Program-made: the position numbers and the translations under genes
Notes under the pieces: model-generated
What the model saw: the letters and a program-made list of their open reading frames with translations, nothing else
Told to the model about the DNA's origin: nothing
The model's database searches: none
IMG/VR virus record: IMGVR_UViG_3300031519_000002
From: a virus
Length of the DNA stretch: 64,000 nt
Direction: 5' to 3' (one strand)
Shown: positions 28,903-37,486 of the stretch, piece after piece
Layout of the letters: each line of letters opens with the position of its first letter
Numbering within the stretch: position 1 is the stretch's first letter

Positions 28903-30075
28903 CTACTTTAAGTTTGGCCCACTAAACGCATTTTGTACGGCATTAGTAGCCTTAGAAAAGACTGCACCTACTCCGCCATTTTGTTGTACATAGTTTGATG
29001 CACCTACTACAACTGCCGCAGATGCCAGTGTAGAAATATCACCGCCGCTACCGCCTTTAGGAAATGCTATGCCTGCTACACCACTGGTATCAATGCCAGC
29101 TGATTGTCCAATTTGTCCTATTGCACTTCCAATTAATTCTTGCCCAATACCACTTCGTGTTAGCCCGCCTGCGTTTCTAAATACGTTTGCGGCTTGTAGT
29201 ACAGTCCCAAAGTTTGCTGTGCCACTTGTAATTTGTCCCAGTACTCCCATGCCGCCAGCAAGTACTCCGCTACCGCCTAGTAATGCTGATGCACCACCGC
29301 CTGCTAATGAAATAGGACTTGGTGTTTTATCATAATGCTCTTCTGCAAATCCCTTAGGACCATTTACTCCAATTGGGCCTCTGCTCATATGCACAGTTTC
29401 GTAATCTAAAGTCATTTGACTTTGCACTAAGTCACTTGCACTATGATCCATTGTGTCATGTTGCCAAGAACTTATCATAGGATTAATTAGTGTAAATGAA
29501 GTATAAGTTTTTCTGGCTAGTTGGCTAATAGTAATACTAGTAAAAAACGGCTTATAACTATCATTATCAAGTCCGTATCTATACTGGGCACCGTTGATAG
29601 AATTTCCTCTATCAAATTGAATGTTTGTTGGTTCAATAGCACCAGCAGGCCCAACACTAGCATAGTTGCCATCTCTATAGTAATACCTATAGTATGCTTC
29701 CCACATTGCTGTAGTAACACCAAAGTTATCATCGTGAAAACTAATATTAACTGGTTGATAATCAATACGTTTTTGTACAACACGCTTTCTGTTGTATTGA
29801 TGTTTTATGTCTGTTTGAATATTATATGCAGGTAACTGCGCTGTCTTAACAAGCATATTAAGTTCATTCATATGCTTTTGTCTAAGTTGCGGAATTACTG
29901 CTGTTACATCTGGATTAATATTAAAGGTAACGTGGTAAAGAAACTTTACTTTAGGTGTTAGTCTGTGACTATCGTCAACAAACATACGTGCGGCATGTTG
30001 AAAGTCGCCCAGTGTACCTTTAGGGTTTAACGCACCCGATGCTAAATTGTCTAAAAAACCGTTTAAGAAGCTCAT
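28903..30075 (-). CDS. Tail-tube-fold baseplate/tube initiator protein (gp54/gp48-like)
   Basis: VKTAQLP..YNRKR..YQPVNISFHDD, FTLINPMI; follows the tube gene; Gly-rich C-terminus. Confidence 0.65.
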   Translation of the reverse strand: MSFLNGFLDNLASGALNPKGTLGDFQHAARMFVDDSHRLTPKVKFLYHVTFNINPDVTAVIPQLRQKHMNELNMLVKTAQLPAYNIQTDIKHQYNRKRVVQKRIDYQPVNISFHDDNFGVTTAMWEAYYRYYYRDGNYASVGPAGAIEPTNIQFDRGNSINGAQYRYGLDNDSYKPFFTSITISQLARKTYTSFTLINPMISSWQHDTMDHSASDLVQSQMTLDYETVHMSRGPIGVNGPKGFAEEHYDKTPSPISLAGGGASALLGGSGVLAGGMGVLGQITSGTANFGTVLQAANVFRNAGGLTRSGIGQELIGSAIGQIGQSAGIDTSGVAGIAFPKGGSGGDISTLASAAVVVGASNYVQQNGGVGAVFSKATNAVQNAFSGPNLK

Positions 30076-30080
30076 ACTAA

Positions 30081-30087
30081 TATTTAG
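30081..30087 (-). promoter_or_regulatory. Late promoter, leaderless spacing
   Basis: CTAAATA-ttagt-ATG. Confidence 0.7.
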
Positions 30088-30121
30088 CCTTTTCTGTTAA
30101 CTACGTAGATAATTAGATCAT

Positions 30122-30145
30122 AAAAAAAGGGACAATTAAGCCCCT
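30122..30145 (-). terminator. Rho-independent terminator after tail tube gene
   Basis: GGGGC-TTAATT-GTCCC then T7 on the minus strand. Confidence 0.7.
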
Positions 30146-30167
30146 CAATTTAATAATATTAGTCGCT

Positions 30168-30797
30168 TTAGATTGCGCCGCCACCTGTAATAGCTGTGTT
30201 GATTGTTCTACCAACTGCTGTACCAATGCCAGTACCCTGTGGGCTCTGGATTGCGTTATCATAACGGATTGTTAGTGCCACTGTAACTACATCTGATGTA
30301 GCATAGTTAAGTGAATTATAGTTAGTGCTTTCTAAATAACATCCGTATAGTTCAAATGTTTCTAGTACACTAGCTGTATTTGCTCCGTTGCCGCCGTCTA
30401 AAATTTCAATACGTGTAACAAACTTGTAGTCTGCGCCACTTGCCGCACTTGACTGCTCAAAGAAGTCAAACTGTTTCTGAAGCTGTTCGCCAACAAGTTT
30501 TTGTACATTGTTACTAACATCTTCACGTAAGTTAAGCGTAATTGGTTCCCAAGTGTGTTTACCTGCTAAGAATACTTTGGAGTTGTAAATATCAACTGTC
30601 ATCTGATCAAAACTAACGCTAGGGCGTGTTACATCCATAACTTGTTTAGTTAGTTCAGTTGACGGACTTGATACACCAAAGTTTTCCAAAGATACTCTAA
30701 AACGGTATTGTAATTTTGGCATTAACAAGCCCTGATTAGATGCACTTGCGTTGCTATCTAAAGGTACTGTTAATTTTGAAAGTGTTGAAATTGCCAT
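30168..30797 (-). CDS. Tail tube protein (gp19-like)
   Basis: PKLQYRFRV, AGKHTWEPI, LTIRYDNA; directly downstream of sheath. Confidence 0.9.
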   Translation of the reverse strand: MAISTLSKLTVPLDSNASASNQGLLMPKLQYRFRVSLENFGVSSPSTELTKQVMDVTRPSVSFDQMTVDIYNSKVFLAGKHTWEPITLNLREDVSNNVQKLVGEQLQKQFDFFEQSSAASGADYKFVTRIEILDGGNGANTASVLETFELYGCYLESTNYNSLNYATSDVVTVALTIRYDNAIQSPQGTGIGTAVGRTINTAITGGGAI

Positions 30798-30816
30798 TCT
30801 GTTCTCCTGTTACATT

Positions 30817-30823
30817 TATTTAT
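30817..30823 (-). promoter_or_regulatory. Late promoter with SD-led leader
   Basis: ATAAATA, then AGGAG, then ATG at 30797. Confidence 0.65.
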
Positions 30824-30828
30824 CAAAT

Positions 30829-30856
30829 AATAGGCTCCATTTTTCAGGAGCCTATT
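30829..30856 (-). terminator. Stem-loop between sheath and tube genes
   Basis: AATAGGCTCC ... GGAGCCTATT 10-bp stem. Confidence 0.65.
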
Positions 30857-30864
30857 TCAGTGAA

Positions 30865-33800
30865 TTATAATCCTGAAATCTCGCCAGTGTTCTTAAGTCT
30901 TAGCGGTATGTAAATAAATTCTACTGCTTTAACTGGTTCAATAGCAATATCTAAGTAAAGCTCGTTTCTATCAATTCTACTAGGAGTATTGTTACTTTCG
31001 TCACATACTACTAAGAAGTCATATAACGCTCTTTGACCTACTAATTCCAACATTAAACTATCTGCTTGTGCTTTGATCTCGTCACGTGTAATCTTATCGT
31101 TTGGCTCAAAGATGTAAGGCTTAGCAAGTTTGTTAAGTTGACTACGCAAGTAGATAACCAAACGTGCTACGTTAATACGATCCAAAGAACTTGCATTTTT
31201 TGCACGAGTCTTTTGACCAAAGTTAACAAGACCTGCGCCTGTTAAGAACGTAATTGGGTTAATACTTTGTGAGTAAAGCGTATCACGCTGTCCTTCATTA
31301 AGTGATATTGACTTAAATTCGCCTTCTGCAGTAATGTATCCTGCGGCACTTGCGTTAGTAATTCCGCCACGTCTTGTTCCTGCTGGAGCAAACCATGGAA
31401 AGCTAACTTGATCGCTTAGTGCTAATGTTCTTAGGATACCATGACTTGGTGGAACAACAACGTTGTTACCTGCATTATCACTTGTAAACAAGCTCGGATA
31501 AAATACACCCAAGTACTCGTCTCTTGTTGTTAATCCATTGTCGTTATCTTCAACAGCTAGTGCTACGTTTGAGCCCCAGTTGTTTAGTGTAGTTGCATCA
31601 CTCTTAAGTCTCATTGGACTATCACCAACAACAAATGCTGTTAAGCCTCTATCGTTGTTAAGCGCAACCATTTCACCAATTAGTTCTGGATATCCTGGTG
31701 TTGCCATTACGTTAAATAGTCTTGATTCGTCATCTCTAATTTCTTGGTTACTATTAACCATTGCTTGTAGAGCTTGTATAACTACTTTACGCTGTGCTTT
31801 ACGTCCAAAGCTACCTGCTCCGTCTGTTTGGTTAGCTGATTCAGTAACCCAACGATGTGGATAATAAGCAGTTTGAAGTACATCACCTTGACGAACGTTT
31901 TTAGCAGTTACGTCTACGTAGTTACGTGTAAATTTCTTAACGTTAAATCCACTTCTGCGTAAATTAAACAACAACATACCTTTTGGATATAGTGCTGGAT
32001 CCGGCGCATCAGTGTCTAAGAAGTCACTAACTAATAGCTCTGCAATAGTACCTGTTGGTGCTACTGTTGCTGTTCCGCCACTTGTACCGTAACGTGCATC
32101 TGCAAACAAAATACCATCTTCAGTAGTTTGATCACCTTCATCAAGTGCAATCCACTTTTGAAGATCTGCGTTATACTTGTTAACTTGTGGATAGTTTTCT
32201 AAATCTGCTGTACTAACCCAAATGTCACCAGTTACTAGTGCAGATGATCCATCTTGCTGTGTAGTAGGCTCAGTTGCTGAAACAATTGGTCCTAGCGCAT
32301 CGGCTGATGAATAAACACCTTGATAGCCTTTCCACGTAGTACCGTTGTGTACCATAATATCACACTCATCAACAATTGAATTGTACCATAGTGCGCCGTC
32401 TGCTGTTAGTGCGGTTGGAGCATTTGTACCTGCTGTTTGTGTTAAGATTTTCCAATTTGAAGCATGGAAGTCATATACACCATCGCCTGTTGGAGCCGCA
32501 TATAAGTTTGCAGTTCCTGCCTTTGTTGCATAGTTATATGCCGCAAATCCAATTAATCCTAAAGCACCGTTTGTGTCTTTAATATGAATTTCACCACCGT
32601 CGTTATGTGAAACAACAAGTCTGTTACTTGCGTCTACACTTGCAACAATGTTTACAAATCCTGCCGCGTTAATTGAGTTTGCAAACAAGTCTGCATCGCT
32701 TGCCGCGCCTGTTGCTGTAACACTTAATGCTTTGCCACCTGACATAGTTGCTACGCCAGTAGTACTTTCTGCCATGGTAAAGCCATATGACTGACTGTTT
32801 AGTTGTGTTGCAACTGCGCTCGAAGTAATTTGCATTGCACTTGAACTATTTCTTGCAAAAATTGTAAAATCAAGTTCTTCATTTTCTGCTTCAGTAGTAT
32901 GTGCTTGTACATAAAGCTGTCCTAGTGCAAGATTTAATCCGCCTTTTGCTTTATCTAAATTAAATACTGCTTCTTGGTGTGTCTTGTAAACTGGTGCTGG
33001 TTTAAGTTCCCACAATTTAGTTGTTGCGTTAAACGCTTTAACTTTCATTTGTACACCTAAGTTAGCATCAGTTGTTTTAAACCAAACACTTCCTGAAGGT
33101 CTTGACTTTGTATCAGCTACTTTAAATCCTGGAACATTTGTATGCGGAGCAATTTCTAATGCTGGAGCATAGTATGTACCTGCTGTAATTCCTAAGTCAG
33201 CTAATAGTGTGCCTGAAGCACCTGCTGTAATAGCAATCGCACCATCGTCATCAGTTGAACCATCTGTAGTTGATGAACCATCACTGTAAACATACAATTT
33301 CCCGTCAACAACTGCCGATGTTACGCCTGTAATACCTGCACCATCAATTGCTGTTTCCATTGCCGCAACGTTTACGCCACTAATAGTAACAGTAGTTCCG
33401 TTAATAACAACAGTTTGTCCAGTTGTTAGTACTGGATTACTTTCAGTAGCACTAACTGTTGGCCAACTATTGACCCATGCCGCTGTACCTACTTTGACCC
33501 ATGTGCCTGCACTATTTTTGTAGTATACTTTATTAGTAGTAGTTGTAGTTACTACTGCATAATTGCCTACTGCGCCTACTGCGCCCTTAGGAGCACCTGT
33601 GTTAACATCGCCTACTAAGTTTGTTTTTGACGTAATAACAATTGGAGTCTTGTTTGTGAATGACTGTCCACCAGTGACAGTAACAGCATTGCTGTTCCAT
33701 TCAAAAATTCCGTATTTTGTTTGAGCTGTGTCAAACCAATATGTTCCGTTTGCTGGGTTTGCCGCCGGAGCACTTGCACTTGGCATAAGTTGACTTAAAT

Positions 33801-34143
33801 CAATGTCTGCCCTTACAACAAACGCTCTGTTGCTTACACCCAAATATGAGTATGCCGCTTGTAGTCCGTATTCGTTAAGCTCACCGCCATTTACTGGGTT
33901 ATTGCTTGCATCTGTTTGGAAGTATGGGTCTCCAAATGTGTCTGCTAAATCTCTCTGTGAAGTAATTAAAAAAGGAACTCCTGCGTTCGCTTTTGTTGTA
34001 CCTCGTGCTGTCCCTGTTCCTGCCGCGTTTGCCTTATCTTGCTGAGAGGCAACGAACAGCATTGGGGTTGTACCTGGTTCTGCTGGTGTGTAAAAACTTT
34101 CGTCGATTACGCTTACTTGTACACCTGGTGATATTAATGCCAT
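30865..34143 (-). CDS. Contractile tail sheath protein (gp18-like) with large insertion domains
   Basis: SPGVQV N-terminus; WFAPAG.RRG, RDTLY..INPI, FGQKT, DRINVARL, FEPND, CDESNNTP, PVKAVEFI. Confidence 0.96.
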   Translation of the reverse strand: MALISPGVQVSVIDESFYTPAEPGTTPMLFVASQQDKANAAGTGTARGTTKANAGVPFLITSQRDLADTFGDPYFQTDASNNPVNGGELNEYGLQAAYSYLGVSNRAFVVRADIDLSQLMPSASAPAANPANGTYWFDTAQTKYGIFEWNSNAVTVTGGQSFTNKTPIVITSKTNLVGDVNTGAPKGAVGAVGNYAVVTTTTTNKVYYKNSAGTWVKVGTAAWVNSWPTVSATESNPVLTTGQTVVINGTTVTISGVNVAAMETAIDGAGITGVTSAVVDGKLYVYSDGSSTTDGSTDDDGAIAITAGASGTLLADLGITAGTYYAPALEIAPHTNVPGFKVADTKSRPSGSVWFKTTDANLGVQMKVKAFNATTKLWELKPAPVYKTHQEAVFNLDKAKGGLNLALGQLYVQAHTTEAENEELDFTIFARNSSSAMQITSSAVATQLNSQSYGFTMAESTTGVATMSGGKALSVTATGAASDADLFANSINAAGFVNIVASVDASNRLVVSHNDGGEIHIKDTNGALGLIGFAAYNYATKAGTANLYAAPTGDGVYDFHASNWKILTQTAGTNAPTALTADGALWYNSIVDECDIMVHNGTTWKGYQGVYSSADALGPIVSATEPTTQQDGSSALVTGDIWVSTADLENYPQVNKYNADLQKWIALDEGDQTTEDGILFADARYGTSGGTATVAPTGTIAELLVSDFLDTDAPDPALYPKGMLLFNLRRSGFNVKKFTRNYVDVTAKNVRQGDVLQTAYYPHRWVTESANQTDGAGSFGRKAQRKVVIQALQAMVNSNQEIRDDESRLFNVMATPGYPELIGEMVALNNDRGLTAFVVGDSPMRLKSDATTLNNWGSNVALAVEDNDNGLTTRDEYLGVFYPSLFTSDNAGNNVVVPPSHGILRTLALSDQVSFPWFAPAGTRRGGITNASAAGYITAEGEFKSISLNEGQRDTLYSQSINPITFLTGAGLVNFGQKTRAKNASSLDRINVARLVIYLRSQLNKLAKPYIFEPNDKITRDEIKAQADSLMLELVGQRALYDFLVVCDESNNTPSRIDRNELYLDIAIEPVKAVEFIYIPLRLKNTGEISGL

Positions 34144-34175
34144 TTAAGTTCTCCTGTTATAACAACTGTTAAAAG

Positions 34176-34183
34176 TATTTATA
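34176..34183 (-). promoter_or_regulatory. Late promoter for sheath (full T4 consensus)
   Basis: TATAAATA followed by AGGAG SD. Confidence 0.75.
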
Positions 34184-34239
34184 TGATTTGTCTAAAACCA
34201 TACGTCATAACACCTAATAAAAGGGGGCATAAAGAGTAG

Positions 34240-34246
34240 GTAAATA
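34240..34246 (+). promoter_or_regulatory. Late promoter, leaderless spacing
   Basis: GTAAATA-caat-ATG. Confidence 0.6.
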
Positions 34247-34250
34247 CAAT

Positions 34251-34589
34251 ATGAGACCTTTATGCGAATGCGGATACCGCCCAGCGGCAATAAACTACAA
34301 AAAAGACAATAGAACATTCTATCGCAAGCAATGTGAAACATGCTTGCACCATGGAGAGAAGAAGTGGGGAATACCTAAATGGCATCAAGCAGGGTATCGA
34401 CAAAAAGATACATGTGAACGGTGTAGTTTTAATAGTCCGTATGTTGAGCAATTTAATGTGTATCATATAGATGGGAATCTAAACAATACACTGCCAAGTA
34501 ATTTAAAAACTGTTTGTGCTAATTGCCAGCGTGTTATGCAGAAGCTAGGCGTAAAGTGGAAACAAGGCGACCTTGTACCTGACTTTTAA
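34251..34589 (+). CDS. Small Zn-binding HNH endonuclease-like protein
   Basis: CEC, CETC, CERC, YHIDGNLNN..NLKTVCANCQ. Confidence 0.75.
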   Translation: MRPLCECGYRPAAINYKKDNRTFYRKQCETCLHHGEKKWGIPKWHQAGYRQKDTCERCSFNSPYVEQFNVYHIDGNLNNTLPSNLKTVCANCQRVMQKLGVKWKQGDLVPDF

Positions 34590-35145
34590 GATCGTCAATA
34601 GTACCTTCGTTGTAAATATTAAAATCAAACGGTATATTTGCCCAGCGCCATTCACTAGGATGGGCGTCTGTTGGTTCAATACCCAAGTCTTGATATTGTC
34701 TAAACCATACAGGATCTGGGCCACGTTTTACACACCAAACTTTGCCGTCTAGTCCTTTAATTACGTGTGCTTCATTCTCAAATCTAACATCAGGAATAAC
34801 AAAGTTTGTATCTGGGTTATCAATAACTGTCTTCTTTACAAAGCTAACCCATATTCCATCGTAAAAGCCATTGCGCATACAATCGGTACCAAACTCTTGA
34901 AGTACTAATCTAGGAGTAATTTTGCGGCCAGTTTCTTGAGTCCAAAAAGTATCTTCTTGTTCTCGCCAATAACGACTATCAGCAGTATCGCCTTCTAACA
35001 TTTCTCGCGGCCAATCGAACATTACGCTAACTGCGTCTTTAAGTTTATCTGCAAATGAAATCTTTTTAAAGCCGTGTTCGTCAACTAGAACGTCTGCTAC
35101 TGTACCTTTACCGCAACCAATTAACCCACAAACACCAATAATCAT
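34534..35145 (-). CDS. Deoxynucleoside monophosphate kinase (T4 gp1-like)
   Basis: GLIGCGKGT, FADKLK, PRLVLQEFGTD, DVRFENE; ATG 35145 with AGGAG SD. Confidence 0.92.
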   Translation of the reverse strand: MIIGVCGLIGCGKGTVADVLVDEHGFKKISFADKLKDAVSVMFDWPREMLEGDTADSRYWREQEDTFWTQETGRKITPRLVLQEFGTDCMRNGFYDGIWVSFVKKTVIDNPDTNFVIPDVRFENEAHVIKGLDGKVWCVKRGPDPVWFRQYQDLGIEPTDAHPSEWRWANIPFDFNIYNEGTIDDLKSQVQGRLVSTLRLASA

Positions 35146-35169
35146 ATAATACACTCCTAAGTATTATTA

Positions 35170-35198
35170 AGTATACTATAAAATTTAGGTGTTGTCAA
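35170..35198 (-). promoter_or_regulatory. Sigma70 early promoter for dNMP kinase
   Basis: TTGACA-N17-TATACT. Confidence 0.8.
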
Positions 35199-35205
35199 CC
35201 GTTAA

Positions 35206-35454
35206 TTAATCAAAATGTCCGCCTTTTACAGCAACATGTTTTATTTCTTCTATTAGGAGTTGTTCTTGACGTTCTGCGTATGCTTCTTCAAACCCTTCTT
35301 CGTGGATATAACTTTCATTATTTCCCCAAGCACGTTTAAAGTATGAGTTGTAAGTTTTTTCAACGTCATCATCGGACCAGCTAATGTCAATTAGTGTGCC
35401 TTTGATTATCCAGTTAAGTCGGTTAGCTTGTTTACGAACGTACGGTGAACACAT
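35206..35454 (-). CDS. Hypothetical protein
   Basis: 82 aa with AAGGAG SD and its own GTAAATA late promoter. Confidence 0.7.
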   Translation of the reverse strand: MCSPYVRKQANRLNWIIKGTLIDISWSDDDVEKTYNSYFKRAWGNNESYIHEEGFEEAYAERQEQLLIEEIKHVAVKGGHFD

Positions 35455-35465
35455 GAGCTTCTCCT

Positions 35466-35510
35466 TGTTACAATGTATTTACAAAATAACAAAATGTTGG
35501 CGCTAACGTT
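35466..35510 (-). promoter_or_regulatory. Late promoter (GTAAATA, 35476-35482) inside an inverted repeat, plus an operator-like palindrome
   Basis: TGTTA-caa-TGTA-tt-TACA-aaa-TAACA (35466-35491) and TGTTGGCGCTAACG (35495-35508). Confidence 0.5.
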
Positions 35511-35517
35511 GGATCAA

Positions 35518-36279
35518 TTAGCCTATCATAAATCCGTAGCCTTGACCACCGGATATTTGCATTGATACTTCAGTTTCTAATTTGTCTAATTCCATCTGCG
35601 CTTCTGCTTTAAGCGCATCACCGTTAAGACTCGAACCGCCTTGTGGTCCTGCAATAGTAGCAAATTTAGACCTTGCTTCGCCTAACATATACTTACATTT
35701 AGCAAGTGTATAATCTTTAATCCATTGCACTGCCATGTAATCGTCTAACAGCTCAAAATCTGGTCTGTGATTGTAGCAGTAAAGAAGTAATTCTTCTTCA
35801 GCTCTTGGTCTTTGTAAGATAGTTAATTTCTTTTGTGATCTATTCCAAGCAAACTCAATGAAACTACCAAACATACGTCCTACTAATTCTTGATATCCAG
35901 CAAATGCATTGTATGTTGCTAGGCCGCCCATGTTTGAACTAGCAAGTAGATACGTGTTTGTGTAAGCCATGTTGAACGGTTCAAATAATGTTCCGCCATC
36001 GCCGCCACCGGAGCGTGATCCAATACTTCTACGGAAAATTTGACGCACTTCTTGTACTTCATTAGGAAGTATATATGCGTTTTGGTCCATTACTGTAGGC
36101 ATAAAAATATATGATTCTTCAACTGAGTTATCACTACGTTGTCTAAACCTTGTTAGTGCTGTATTAAGTGCAGTTTCATAATGAATTGGGTCTAGTTCAA
36201 CATCAATCATTCCGCCACCAAGCATTGCTTCAACGTATTTGTAAACTTCTTGTTTTTTTGTATCTAAATTTTCAGACAT
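35518..36279 (-). CDS. Neck protein (T4 gp13-like)
   Basis: LGGGMIDVEL, WIKDYTLA.CK..LGEARSKF, LNG..LK.EA; start MSENL with GGAG SD. Confidence 0.88.
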   Translation of the reverse strand: MSENLDTKKQEVYKYVEAMLGGGMIDVELDPIHYETALNTALTRFRQRSDNSVEESYIFMPTVMDQNAYILPNEVQEVRQIFRRSIGSRSGGGDGGTLFEPFNMAYTNTYLLASSNMGGLATYNAFAGYQELVGRMFGSFIEFAWNRSQKKLTILQRPRAEEELLLYCYNHRPDFELLDDYMAVQWIKDYTLAKCKYMLGEARSKFATIAGPQGGSSLNGDALKAEAQMELDKLETEVSMQISGGQGYGFMIG

Positions 36280-36294
36280 GTCATGTTCTCCGAT

Positions 36295-36324
36295 ATAGTA
36301 TTTATGCACAACGATAAATACTAT
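36295..36324. promoter_or_regulatory. Back-to-back divergent late promoters forming an 11-bp inverted repeat
   Basis: ATAGTATTTAT-gcacaacg-ATAAATACTAT. Confidence 0.75.
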
Positions 36325-36328
36325 TACA

Positions 36329-37486
36329 ATGCCAAAACTTAGCTTATATAAACCCGAGAGAGGGAAAGACTACTCATTCTTAGACAAAAGTATTACCGAG
36401 ATGTTTACAATCGGTGGTACAGATGTTTTTGTTCATAAGTATCTTGGCCCTAAAAATCCTAGTGAAGCAGGCGCAACTGCTGACCAGCCTCGTTATGATG
36501 CTGTAAAAGAAACCAATATACAAGATATGTTGTTCCTTGAAAACAGGGATAGAAAATACGACCCAGACATTTACACGATGCGTGGAATTTATAGCGTATC
36601 AGATGTAGACTTTGACATGAGTCAGTTTGGATTATTCTTACAAAATGATATTATATTCATGACAATCCCAATTAATTATAGTGTTAAGACACTAGGGCGT
36701 AAGATCATGTCCGGTGATGTCATCGAGTTGCCTCACTTAAAAGACGAATATGCGGCAAATGATTTTAGCGTAGCACTTAAACGGTACTACGTAGTAGAAG
36801 ATGTGAATAGAGCAAGCGAAGGATTTTCGCATACTTGGTATCCACACTTGTACAGAGTTAAAATGAAGCAGATTGTTGACAGTCAAGAGTTCAAAGAGAT
36901 ACTTGATTTACCTGCTGAAGAGGGAAGTACACAAACGTTACGTGATGTGCTTAGTACATACGACAAAGAAATGCAAATTAATGATGCTATTCTTGAGCAA
37001 GCAGAAGCAGATGCTCCTAAGGCAGGATTTGATACTAGTCATTTGTACACATTACAGGTTGATGACGAAGGTGTTCCAGAATTAGTTACAACCGACATTA
37101 CTACACTTGATGCTAGTACAGAAAACGAATTAGCAGATCGAGTCAATCAAACTCCTGAAAGAGAAGGTTATACAGGTTACTTAATTGGTGACGGCATTGC
37201 TCCAAACGGTGAAGCGTTTGGCAGTGGTCTTAGCTTTCCACTTAGTCAAGTTAAAGGTGATTACTTCTTAAGAGTAGATATGATGCCGAACAGACTATTT
37301 AGATATGACGGACAACGTTGGGTTAAGATGGAAGATAATGTACGTATGACATTGACTAACACTACTGCTAAAGATACACAGCGTACAGGATTTATTAATA
37401 ATACAAAAACTTCAACTATTGGCGGCGAAACAGTTGTCGAAAGACAAGGACTTGGATCCGCACTTAGACCAAAGGCAGATAACTAA
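36329..37486 (+). CDS. Neck/head-closure protein (gp14-like)
   Basis: QDMLFLENRDRKY, SQFGLF, GDVIELP; divergent from gp13 and upstream of gp15. Confidence 0.75.
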   Translation: MPKLSLYKPERGKDYSFLDKSITEMFTIGGTDVFVHKYLGPKNPSEAGATADQPRYDAVKETNIQDMLFLENRDRKYDPDIYTMRGIYSVSDVDFDMSQFGLFLQNDIIFMTIPINYSVKTLGRKIMSGDVIELPHLKDEYAANDFSVALKRYYVVEDVNRASEGFSHTWYPHLYRVKMKQIVDSQEFKEILDLPAEEGSTQTLRDVLSTYDKEMQINDAILEQAEADAPKAGFDTSHLYTLQVDDEGVPELVTTDITTLDASTENELADRVNQTPEREGYTGYLIGDGIAPNGEAFGSGLSFPLSQVKGDYFLRVDMMPNRLFRYDGQRWVKMEDNVRMTLTNTTAKDTQRTGFINNTKTSTIGGETVVERQGLGSALRPKADN

